NCBI GenBank assembly: GCA_002687255.1
Contig: NYZR01000010.1
Location: 13,562-23,127, forward strand
DNA: 9,566 nt
Reading direction: 5' to 3'
Origin: Candidatus Pacearchaeota archaeon
GTDB taxonomy: Archaea; Nanobdellota; Nanobdellia; Pacearchaeales; GW2011-AR1
A program made the translations under genes and the position numbers. Of the stretch, positions 1-6,004 are shown piece by piece (positions within the stretch are counted from its first letter, which is position 1; each line of letters begins with the position of its first letter). The notes beneath the pieces were generated by a model. That model was given only the letters and a program-made list of their open reading frames with translations. It had not been told where the DNA came from and did no database searches.

Positions 1-2
1 AT

Positions 3-1400
3 CATCATTTCCTGGAGCGGTTGTTTGATACAGCTAAGTATCAATTGAGTGAGGCTGAGGAAAAGATCATGGCGCTGAAGGCGAGCACGAGCCAGGATCT
101 CTGGGTGAAGATGGTCGAGGGGCTTCTTGTTGGTGAGGAACGAGAGGTTTTGGGAGATGATGGGGAGACTAAGAAGCGGAGCTTCTCTGATATTCTTGGG
201 TTGATGAAAAGTTCGAAGCAAGAGGTGAGAGATTCCGTAGCGGTTGCTTTCAATGATATCTTGGGGAAGTGGGTTGATGTGGCAACTGAGGAACTGAATG
301 CGGTTTTGGCTGATAAGAAAGTGAATGATCAGCTGAGAAAGATAGAGCGGCCTGACGAAGGAAGGATGGTTAGTGATGACATTGAACCTGAAGTGGTCGA
401 TGGTCTCTTGAATGCTGTTGAGCAGAAGGGTTACCCTTTGGCGCATCGATATTATGCTTTGAAGGCAAATTTGTTGGGGAAGAAGCAGTTGGCGTATCAT
501 GATCGGAATGCTGCGTATGGTAAGTTGGATAAAGAGTATTCGTATGCTGATGCGGTCTCGTTAGTGCAGAAGGTTGTGTCTGATCTTGATGGCGAGTTTT
601 CTGACTTGTTGAAGGATTTTGTCGAGCAAGGGAAGGTGGATGTGTTGCCTAAGAAGGGGAAGGCTAGTGGGGCGTTCAGCTTTTATGCTTTGCCTCGACA
701 ACCTTCGTATTTATTGTTGAACCATACAAATAAGGTGAATGATGTGATGACGTTTGCTCATGAGTTGGGGCACGGGATGAATAACGAGTTGATCAAGAAG
801 AAACAACATGGGTTGTATTTTGGGACTCCTAAGGCGACTGCAGAGGTGGCGAGCACGTTCTTTGAGGATGCTGCTTTGGGGGCTTTGCTTTCTGATGCTG
901 ATGATGAATTGCGATTGGCTTTGTTGATGGAGGATCTGAATGATCTGGTTTCAAGTGTGATGAGGCAGGTGGCGTGTTATCGGTTTGAACAGAGCTTGCA
1001 TCAAGAATTTCGGAAGAAGGGGCATTTATCCAAGGAAGATCTTGGTGAGCTGTTCAAGAAGCACATTGGTGCGTATATGGGGCCTTCGGTAGCGCAGGAT
1101 CAGGGGTGTGAGAACTGGTGGGTTTATTGGAGTCATGTTCGGATGTTCTTTTATGTATATTCGTATGCGTCTGGGTTGTTGATCTCGAAGGCGTTGCAGA
1201 AGAAGGTTCGTGAAGATAAAGGATTTATTAAAAATGTGAAGGAGTTCCTGAGTGCTGGGGAATCTGCCTCGCCGAAGGAGTTGTTTGCCCGGATGGGAAT
1301 TGATATTACGAAGAAAGAGTTTTGGGAAGAGGGGTTGGAGGAGGTTGATGGTTTGTTGAAAGAGGCCGAAGGGTTGGCGAAAAAGCTCAAAAAGATCTAG
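3..1400 (+). CDS. pepF: Oligoendopeptidase F-like M3B zinc metallopeptidase, 5'-truncated by the window edge (C-terminal ~465 aa present)
   Basis: The reading frame is open from base 3, and the TTG at 21 is only the ORF-track start. The HExxH zinc motif FAHELGHGMNNE has HELGH at 758..772. A downstream EVAS Glu (about 844..846) sits where M3B peptidases carry the third ligand. Length and motif order match the C-terminal two thirds of PepF-type enzymes, and codon usage matches the other + strand genes. Confidence 0.85.
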   Translation, partial: HHFLERLFDTAKYQLSEAEEKIMALKASTSQDLWVKMVEGLLVGEEREVLGDDGETKKRSFSDILGLMKSSKQEVRDSVAVAFNDILGKWVDVATEELNAVLADKKVNDQLRKIERPDEGRMVSDDIEPEVVDGLLNAVEQKGYPLAHRYYALKANLLGKKQLAYHDRNAAYGKLDKEYSYADAVSLVQKVVSDLDGEFSDLLKDFVEQGKVDVLPKKGKASGAFSFYALPRQPSYLLLNHTNKVNDVMTFAHELGHGMNNELIKKKQHGLYFGTPKATAEVASTFFEDAALGALLSDADDELRLALLMEDLNDLVSSVMRQVACYRFEQSLHQEFRKKGHLSKEDLGELFKKHIGAYMGPSVAQDQGCENWWVYWSHVRMFFYVYSYASGLLISKALQKKVREDKGFIKNVKEFLSAGESASPKELFARMGIDITKKEFWEEGLEEVDGLLKEAEGLAKKLKKI

Positions 1401-1410
1401 GGATCTTTTT
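1389..1410 (+). terminator. Perfect 9-bp inverted repeat (AAAAAGATC-TAGG-GATCTTTTT) enclosing the pepF stop codon and ending in a T5 run
   Basis: Read directly: 1389..1397 AAAAAGATC, loop 1398..1401 TAGG (stop TAG at 1398..1400), 1402..1410 GATCTTTTT. Oligo-T tracts are the usual archaeal termination signal. The terminator function is inferred. Confidence 0.35.
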
Positions 1411-1489
1411 GGCTCCGCAACTTTGGAATCTAGATAACGTTGCTGGAGTTTGGGAAGATTTAGTTCTTTTTTGGTTGGTGAAAGGAAAC

Positions 1490-1498
1490 TTATATAAA
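1490..1498 (+). promoter_or_regulatory. TATA-box-like element (TTATATAAA) with a purine-rich BRE-like stretch (GAAAGGAAAC) just upstream
   Basis: Sequence match to the archaeal TATA consensus. It lies about 34-42 nt upstream of the TTG at 1532, about 56 nt upstream of the GTG at 1550 and about 98 nt upstream of the ATG at 1592 of the next ORF. Confidence 0.4.
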
Positions 1499-1531
1499 TG
1501 ATCTGGCCCTGGCAGTTGAGCTGCCTGGCGT

Positions 1532-1975
1532 TTGTTAGGCACCCTCTCTGTGGAAAAAATAATCAAGGAAAAAATCAGTGCGGATCATTTGATGTATGTT
1601 TCGTTGAAGTATACGAAGACGTGCGACGTCATTATTAACCTGTTGTTGCGTTGGAAACATATGATCGAGCTTGCCCTCGATAAGTTAGTGGAACGTGCGA
1701 AGAAGGAAAAGAAGTGGAAACCGGTTGCGGATGCGCCTCGTGCGAAGCTTGTGCAGCTGAAGAAGGTGTATGCGAAGGATGAGGTGATCTCGGAGACGTT
1801 AGGGCTGTATGAGTTGTTCCGAGACATTGATGGGTTGGATAAAGTGAGAGAACATGAGTTTCGGAAAGGGGTGAACCTGAAGGTGACGTATAAGGGTGAG
1901 GTGATTGACATTGATTTGGAGAGACTGAAGGGGTATGCTGATCTGTTAGAAACATTTATAAGCCGTCTTAAATAA
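1532..1975 (+). CDS. Hypothetical protein (about 127-147 aa, Lys/Glu-rich, predicted mostly helical); no family recognised
   Basis: This is the longest ORF in the region, with G/T-ending codon usage like the other + strand genes. The opposite-strand ORFs are compositional shadows. The start is uncertain (TTG 1532, GTG 1550 or ATG 1592). It ends 19-43 nt before the minD start. Confidence 0.6.
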   Translation: MLGTLSVEKIIKEKISADHLMYVSLKYTKTCDVIINLLLRWKHMIELALDKLVERAKKEKKWKPVADAPRAKLVQLKKVYAKDEVISETLGLYELFRDIDGLDKVREHEFRKGVNLKVTYKGEVIDIDLERLKGYADLLETFISRLK

Positions 1976-2018
1976 CTGCTCCTGTTTCCCAGCTGTGATT
2001 TGCGAAACGGATTGTCAA

Positions 2019-2774
2019 ATGAGTCATGTTATTACTATTGTGTCTGGAAAGGGGGGTGTTGGTAAGACCACTTCTGCGGTGAACCTAGGGGCTGCGATGA
2101 AAAAATTTGGAAAGGATGTGGTTGTGTTGGATGCGAATTTGACCACGCCGAATGTGGGGTTGCATTTGGGTGCTCCGATTGTGCCGACGAGTTTGAATCA
2201 AGTCTTGTCTGGGAAGGCTTCCATTCATGAGGCTATTTATGAGCATGAGTCTGGGATGAAGATTGTTCCGAGTTCTTTGTCTGTTAAGGAGTTAAAGAGG
2301 TTGAATGAGGGGAAGTTGAAGCATGTGGCGAAGCAGTTGCGGAAGATGTCTGATATTGTTTTGTATGATGCGGCCGCTGGACTCGGGGATGAGGCGATGG
2401 CTGCGGTTGAGGCTGCGGATGAAGTTGTTCTTGTGACGAATCCAGAGATTCCTGCGGTGACGGATGCGCTGAAGGCGAGTAAGGTTATTGAGGATATGGG
2501 GAAGCCGATTAAAGGTCTTGTCGTGACTCGTGTTCGGAATAACAAGACGGAGATGCCTGTGAAGAATATTCAGGACATGTTGGAGTTGCCTTTATTGGGT
2601 GTGATTCCTGAGGATCATCGGGTGCAGGCTGCATTGGTGGAGAAGGATGCGGTGATGCATACTCATCCGAATGCTAAGGTTTCGAGGGCGTATCGGAAGT
2701 TGGCGGCGAAGATGATTGGGAAGGAAGATTATAAGGAAGAGGTTGGTCTTCTCTCAAGGTTATTCGGCTGGTAG
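2019..2774 (+). CDS. minD: Archaeal-type MinD/ParA-family P-loop ATPase (septum-site-determining protein MinD homologue)
   Basis: Deviant Walker A motif SGKGGVGKTT at 2046..2072. There is end-to-end similarity to archaeal MinD (VLDANLTTPN, DAAAGLGDEA, VTNPEIPAVTDALK, LGVIPED). The C-terminal EEVGLLSRLFGW (2736..2771) resembles the amphipathic membrane-targeting helix of bacterial MinD. ATG 2019 is preferred over the in-frame GTG at 1995 because it gives the usual short N-terminus before the first beta-strand. Confidence 0.9.
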   Translation: MSHVITIVSGKGGVGKTTSAVNLGAAMKKFGKDVVVLDANLTTPNVGLHLGAPIVPTSLNQVLSGKASIHEAIYEHESGMKIVPSSLSVKELKRLNEGKLKHVAKQLRKMSDIVLYDAAAGLGDEAMAAVEAADEVVLVTNPEIPAVTDALKASKVIEDMGKPIKGLVVTRVRNNKTEMPVKNIQDMLELPLLGVIPEDHRVQAALVEKDAVMHTHPNAKVSRAYRKLAAKMIGKEDYKEEVGLLSRLFGW

Positions 2775-2785
2775 CGGGGTTGAGA

Positions 2786-2792
2786 TTTTTTT
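2786..2792 (+). terminator. T7 run 12 nt downstream of the minD stop (oligo-T archaeal terminator candidate)
   Basis: TTTTTTT read directly at 2786..2792, after the TAG at 2772..2774. Confidence 0.4.
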
Positions 2793-2846
2793 CTTGGGGT
2801 TGGTTGAGAGGGTTGTTTTGTAGATTGTTTGGGTGGTAGTTGTTCT

Positions 2847-2859
2847 GGGGGGGGGTGGG
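2847..2859 (+). repeat. Homopolymeric G9 tract followed by TGGG (GGGGGGGGGTGGG) in a G/T-rich spacer
   Basis: Read directly. A further GGG lies at 2831..2833, so four G3 tracts are available within about 30 nt. Confidence 0.9.
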
Positions 2860-2884
2860 TCGAGAAAGGTTTTTGGTTGGTAAA

Positions 2885-2911
2885 TAGCTGAGCTTTGCTC
2901 AGTTATCTTTT
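2885..2911 (+). other. Stem-loop (9-bp stem including one G-U pair, TTT loop) followed by TCTTTT; terminator-like or small structured element
   Basis: TAGCTGAGC (2885..2893) / TTT / GCTCAGTTA (2897..2905), then TCTTTT (2906..2911). The motif AAATAGCT recurs about 44 nt downstream, beginning at about 2928. Confidence 0.3.
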
Positions 2912-2993
2912 GAGAGAAAATAGCTCGCTACGCTCGGATCGGAATTAGATAATTGCAGGCCAAGGTTTGATTGGTTTTTTGAGTATACAAATC

Positions 2994-3000
2994 TTTAAAA
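2994..3000 (+). promoter_or_regulatory. TATA-box-like element (TTTAAAA) upstream of the 130-aa ORF
   Basis: It is centred about 20 nt before the ATG at 3017 and about 26 nt before the in-frame ATG at 3023, a spacing typical of archaeal leaderless transcripts. Confidence 0.4.
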
Positions 3001-3016
3001 CCTCTATGTTTTTTGG

Positions 3017-3409
3017 ATGATTATGTCTGGAGATCAAGATAGTTTTTATATACGGCGATTTGATGAAGTTGGTTCTTCAAAATGGAGCTATCGGCTCGTT
3101 AATGATCAGGGGGTTGCTGTTGATGAGGAACCCCGCCCCACTGTTTTGAAGAGGGTTGATGAAAGAGGGTCTGTTAGTTGCTATGCAGTTTTTCAGAGTG
3201 TTGGAGATGCAAGGTCTTTTGTGTTTGCTTATTCCACTCCTGAACCTGCTGATAATCTTTGTAGGGGTGTTGCTAAGGAAAAGATTCTTCCTCTTCTTGA
3301 GGATCAGGAAGGGGCACGTCTTGTTGGTCTTCGTGATGAAGAGGGGAACTTGATAGAAAGTTATGATGGTGAGAACTGGTCTTCTACGGAAGCGAGGTTT
3401 TCTGTATAG
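3017..3409 (+). CDS. Hypothetical small acidic protein (130 aa); orphan, no family recognised
   Basis: Complete ORF with + strand-type codon usage (T/G-ending), a TATA-like box upstream and a T6 run downstream. The true start could be the ATG at 3023. Confidence 0.55.
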   Translation: MIMSGDQDSFYIRRFDEVGSSKWSYRLVNDQGVAVDEEPRPTVLKRVDERGSVSCYAVFQSVGDARSFVFAYSTPEPADNLCRGVAKEKILPLLEDQEGARLVGLRDEEGNLIESYDGENWSSTEARFSV

Positions 3410-3421
3410 GTTTGGTTTACT

Positions 3422-3427
3422 TTTTTA
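3422..3427 (+). terminator. T6 run 13 nt downstream of the 130-aa ORF stop
   Basis: TTTTTT read directly, between convergent genes. Confidence 0.35.
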
Positions 3428-3467
3428 GATGGAGGTTATCTGATCTTTGCTCCAGGCTTTCACAGTT

Positions 3468-3938
3468 TTACTTTTCTCTTAGCTTGTCGAGGAGTCTTGT
3501 GTAGTGTTTTGGTGCGATGTAGTAGCCTTCTTCGATGAGTTTGTTGAGGAGTTTGATAGTCTGTTCTTTGTTGATGAGATTCTTTTTGAGTGCGAGGAAG
3601 AACACAGATGTTGTTCTGAGGATAGGTATTCCTAGTGATCTTGCCATTTTAACTCCTGCAGCGTCATCGATGATTAGTGTGTCTTTTTTTTCGTGGGCTA
3701 GGAGGATGACTGAATTTTCTCCTTTGCCCAGTCCGAGATCTTTTTTTGTTTTGCTTTCTTTTACCTTTATCCAATTTTGGTTGATTGCTTCTTGTATTGT
3801 TTGAGCGTCTGCTCTGTTTGGGGTGATCACTTCTTCTTGAACTTCCTTGCTGATCGTGATGTTGTTGAAGAGATCTTTGAGGATGGCGAGTTTTCCTAGT
3901 TTGCTTAGCAAGATGAGTGGGCTGGTGTTGGAGATCAT
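3468..3938 (-). CDS. DUF3368-type PIN-like nucleic-acid-binding protein (COG2405-like); putative toxin of a UPF0175/DUF3368 pair
   Basis: The N-terminus MISNTSPLILLSKLGKLAILKDLF...ISKEVQEEV and the central LGKGENSVILLAHEKKDTLIIDDAAGVKMARSLGIPILRT match the DUF3368 pattern as I recall it. Its ATG overlaps the upstream gene's stop in an ATGA (3935..3938). Confidence 0.75.
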   Translation of the reverse strand: MISNTSPLILLSKLGKLAILKDLFNNITISKEVQEEVITPNRADAQTIQEAINQNWIKVKESKTKKDLGLGKGENSVILLAHEKKDTLIIDDAAGVKMARSLGIPILRTTSVFFLALKKNLINKEQTIKLLNKLIEEGYYIAPKHYTRLLDKLREK

Positions 3939-4237
3939 GGGAGGAGTTTGAGGTCTTCTTCAAGGTCTTCTTCAGTGTAGCTTGTCCAGTCTATGTTTTT
4001 TTCTTTGACTAGGTCTATGGTTTCCCACAAAGAAAGATTGGCTTCTTGTGCTGCTTGGTCTAAGGATATTTTATGTTGGCTGAGTTTTTTGAGTGCGTTT
4101 TCTTTTTTCCACTCATTGATTGCGGAAGAGAGGAGTCTTCTCATGGCTTCGCTTCTTTCTGTTTTCCAGGCTTCTTCTATTTTGTTGAGGTCTTTTAGGG
4201 AGGTTTCGTCTATTCTGACGGATATGGTTTTGGTCAT
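3935..4237 (-). CDS. UPF0175-family (COG2886-like) putative antitoxin
   Basis: 100 aa. The C-terminal half, HKISLDQAAQEANLSLWETIDLVKEKNIDW..EEDLEEDL, resembles the UPF0175 helix-turn-helix plus acidic tail. The N-terminal TISVRIDETSLKDL is beta-strand-like. It has a 4-nt ATGA overlap with the DUF3368 gene, the canonical partner arrangement. Confidence 0.65.
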   Translation of the reverse strand: MTKTISVRIDETSLKDLNKIEEAWKTERSEAMRRLLSSAINEWKKENALKKLSQHKISLDQAAQEANLSLWETIDLVKEKNIDWTSYTEEDLEEDLKLLP

Positions 4238-4257
4238 GTATACGATGTATGATTTTG

Positions 4258-4267
4258 TATATTTAAG
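4258..4267 (-). promoter_or_regulatory. TATA-box-like element (minus strand CTTAAATATA) about 25 nt upstream of the antitoxin ATG
   Basis: The plus strand reads TATATTTAAG at 4258..4267 and the antitoxin start is at 4237. The spacing fits a leaderless transcript. Confidence 0.4.
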
Positions 4268-4296
4268 TGTTTTGTTTTTTTGGGTTCTGGGAGGGG

Positions 4297-5028
4297 TTAG
4301 ACCGTTTTTCCGTTTAGCCAGAGGGTGTTAAAGAGAATTCGCAGAGTGTCGGCGATGAAGTCGTCTTCTATGAGAATGCTTGCTGGTTCTTCTCGGTAGA
4401 GGTTGAGCATGACTTTGTTGTTGTAAATGATGATGTGGGTGTTGATGTCCTTGAGCGATTTGACTGTTCGGACTTGTCGGAATTCTTTTTGATTGGTGGT
4501 GATTTTTTGTTGGAGACCTTCTTTGGTTCTTTCTCTGATAATCTTTATCGGTATCTTTTTGTCTAGTCTTTTTTGGACGAAGTTTTCTACGTAGAATTCT
4601 TTCATGAATTCCTCACCGATAGAGGGTTGAATGGAGAGGATTTCATTTCCTGTTAATGGGTCGCTGAAAATTGATTTGAGGGCTTTGAGGCCCCGGAAGA
4701 TTTGGACGTTTAGTTTCTGTGTTGCTTCTTTTTGGAGACCGAGGAGTTCTGGCATGGCTTCGTTGATGAGTTCTTTTCTTTCTTCTAGTATTTCTTGGAG
4801 TTTTTCTGGAGAGGCTGCGGAGAAATGGGTTTTGTTGTTTTCTGTTATCTCGCTAATGAGTCCTTGATTGCTGAGTTTGGTGAGGGTGTCGTAGATGCTT
4901 TGTCTGAGGATGCCTGTGTGTTTTGCTAGGTCTTGAACGGTGCTTTTGCCGGTTTTGAGGAGGGTGGTGTAGATAGTGATTTCTTTGGCTGAGAGGCCGT
5001 AGGCTTGGAGTGCTTCTTGTGTGTGCAT
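4297..5028 (-). CDS. TrmB-family transcriptional regulator (N-terminal winged HTH plus C-terminal effector-type domain, COG1378-like)
   Basis: The N-terminus LQAYGLSAKEITIYTTLLKTGKSTVQDLAKHTGILRQSIYDTLTKLSNQGLISE is a textbook TrmB wHTH. It is followed by a coiled-coil-like segment (EKLQEILEERKELINE) and a C-terminal domain of about 130 aa. Confidence 0.85.
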   Translation of the reverse strand: MHTQEALQAYGLSAKEITIYTTLLKTGKSTVQDLAKHTGILRQSIYDTLTKLSNQGLISEITENNKTHFSAASPEKLQEILEERKELINEAMPELLGLQKEATQKLNVQIFRGLKALKSIFSDPLTGNEILSIQPSIGEEFMKEFYVENFVQKRLDKKIPIKIIRERTKEGLQQKITTNQKEFRQVRTVKSLKDINTHIIIYNNKVMLNLYREEPASILIEDDFIADTLRILFNTLWLNGKTV

Positions 5029-5050
5029 GTGGTTTTATGGTCTTTTTGAG

Positions 5051-5058
5051 TTAAAAAT
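5051..5058 (-). promoter_or_regulatory. TATA-box-like element (plus strand TTAAAAAT) about 27 nt upstream of the TrmB-family gene ATG
   Basis: Read directly. Its spacing to the start codon at 5028 fits a leaderless transcript. Confidence 0.4.
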
Positions 5059-5068
5059 GTTTGTTTTC

Positions 5069-5089
5069 TGTCGCAAGGTTTTTGCGACA
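5069..5089. promoter_or_regulatory. Perfect 8-bp inverted repeat TGTCGCAA-N5-TTGCGACA in the divergent promoter region; candidate operator
   Basis: Read directly: 5069..5076 TGTCGCAA, spacer GGTTT, 5082..5089 TTGCGACA. T-rich and A-rich flanks extend the symmetry with one bulge. It lies between the regulator gene and the divergent methyltransferase/hemB-like operon. Confidence 0.5.
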
Positions 5090-5137
5090 AAATGTTAAGT
5101 AGGGTTCTTTTGTGTAGTTATTATCAAGTCGTTACAA

Positions 5138-6004
5138 ATGGCTTGGTGGAGAAATAAGAAAATGAAACAGGAAATGATACAAGAACAGAAGAGAAGTCCA
5201 GTCGCAGATACGGCATTTCTTCCTTTGATAGATATGGCTGCTGGAGCCTGTGTTCCTTTTGTTGAATTTTATGCTAGAAGATTGCCTGTTCAGATGGATC
5301 CTGTGGGGAAGTCCCATCTTGCTGAATCGAGATATCTTGGCGCAGAGAAGGTTATTGAAGAGAAAGATTTGAGGCAGATTATCGAGTTGGGTGCAGGTTT
5401 TACTCCTCACTATCAGAATCTTAATGGGGAAGGGCTGGTTGATTCTTATATTGAGGTTGATTTGCCTGAGAATTCTGAGATCAAACAGGGTTTGCTTAAG
5501 CAAGCTGTTTGGGATGAGTCTATGCCTACTTTTGTTCAAGGGAATGTTTTTGATAGAAAGACGTGGTATTCTATTGGTCATCATGCCTTTCAGAATTTTT
5601 CTGAAGAAAAGCCTGTTGGCATCTTTGCAGAAGGTTTCATGCAGTATACGAATCCAGAGCAGAGGAAATACTTGTTGGATCAGATGAGGCCTCTCTTGGA
5701 GGAGTTTGGCGGGTTTTTCTTTTTTGAAGATTCTCTTACCTTTCACCCAGAGTTTTCTGAGATTCCTGAAATGAGGGCTTTGTCTGAGAGAATGAGTAAG
5801 ATTAGTAAGAATGATCAGTTGACTAACTATATCTCTCAGGAAGGTCTTACTCATGAGTTCGAGTCTTATGGTTTTTATGTTGAGAGAATGCCTGCCCCCT
5901 TAGATAATCTTACCAGTCGGGATTTGGATGATGAAGGTCGTGAGGTTTTGAGCAGGTTTCAACATTGGATCCTTACACCACGTCCGTCGGAGGTGTTAAG
6001 ATGA
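5138..6004 (+). CDS. Class I SAM-dependent methyltransferase, leucine carboxyl methyltransferase / TcmP-like O-methyltransferase family (PF04072-like)
   Basis: The motif-I-like IIELGAGF (5378..5401) is followed by SYIEVDLPENSEIK and VGIFAEGFMQYTNPEQRKYLL. That is the order and spacing I associate with the LCMT/TcmP family (xxLGAGxDTR ... EVDxP ... EGLLxYL). The start is uncertain (ATG 5138, 5162 or 5174). The 240-aa minus-strand ORF over the same DNA is a shadow. Confidence 0.6.
   Translation: MAWWRNKKMKQEMIQEQKRSPVADTAFLPLIDMAAGACVPFVEFYARRLPVQMDPVGKSHLAESRYLGAEKVIEEKDLRQIIELGAGFTPHYQNLNGEGLVDSYIEVDLPENSEIKQGLLKQAVWDESMPTFVQGNVFDRKTWYSIGHHAFQNFSEEKPVGIFAEGFMQYTNPEQRKYLLDQMRPLLEEFGGFFFFEDSLTFHPEFSEIPEMRALSERMSKISKNDQLTNYISQEGLTHEFESYGFYVERMPAPLDNLTSRDLDDEGREVLSRFQHWILTPRPSEVLR
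5989..5995 (+). promoter_or_regulatory. Shine-Dalgarno-like GGAGGTG 5 nt upstream of the hemB-like ATG (internal operon RBS)
   Basis: Read directly. The ATG at 6001..6003 overlaps the methyltransferase TGA at 6002..6004 (ATGA), indicating translational coupling. Confidence 0.6.

Noticed and set aside
1585-1955. Two overlapping minus-strand ORFs (108 and 106 aa) opposite the 147-aa hypothetical gene
   Set aside because: The same compositional artefact applies. The products are S/T/P/H-rich and low-complexity, there is no promoter or start context, and they overlap each other in different frames.
3156-3353. A 65-aa very hydrophobic + strand ORF nested out of frame inside the 130-aa ORF; it looks like a small membrane peptide
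   Set aside because: Off-frame reading of GT-rich DNA automatically yields F/L/V-rich strings. It has no independent start signal and is fully contained in a longer ORF with better codon periodicity.
3535-4331. Plus-strand ORFs (89 and 112 aa) and a basic 99-aa minus-strand ORF (3664..3963) overlapping the UPF0175/DUF3368 genes
   Set aside because: They are antisense or frame-shifted shadows of two genes with clear family signatures. The products are low-complexity: S/L/F-rich for the first two, K/R/Q/H-rich for the third.
5132-5854. A 240-aa minus-strand ORF covering most of the methyltransferase gene
   Set aside because: It is a shadow ORF. The complement of a G+T-rich coding strand is T-poor and therefore stop-poor. 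The product is low-complexity (L/I/R/K/F/N-rich) with no motif, whereas the + strand frame carries a recognisable SAM-MTase motif series and is translationally coupled to hemB.
5855-5865. A GAGTTCGAGTC string resembling a tRNA T-arm (a similar GGGTTCGAGG lies at about 7114..7123)
   Set aside because: No flanking acceptor, D or anticodon stems can be drawn. Both strings lie inside well-supported CDSs. No tRNA is called in this window.
5965-6000. An upstream in-frame TTG extension of the hemB-like ORF, and similar extensions of minD (1995) and vapC (7747)
   Set aside because: For hemB, the ATG at 6001 has a perfect SD and an ATGA overlap. For minD and vapC, the ATG starts give the canonical family N-termini. 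The GTG at 1995 remains a weak alternative because it lies about 24 nt after a TATA-like string.
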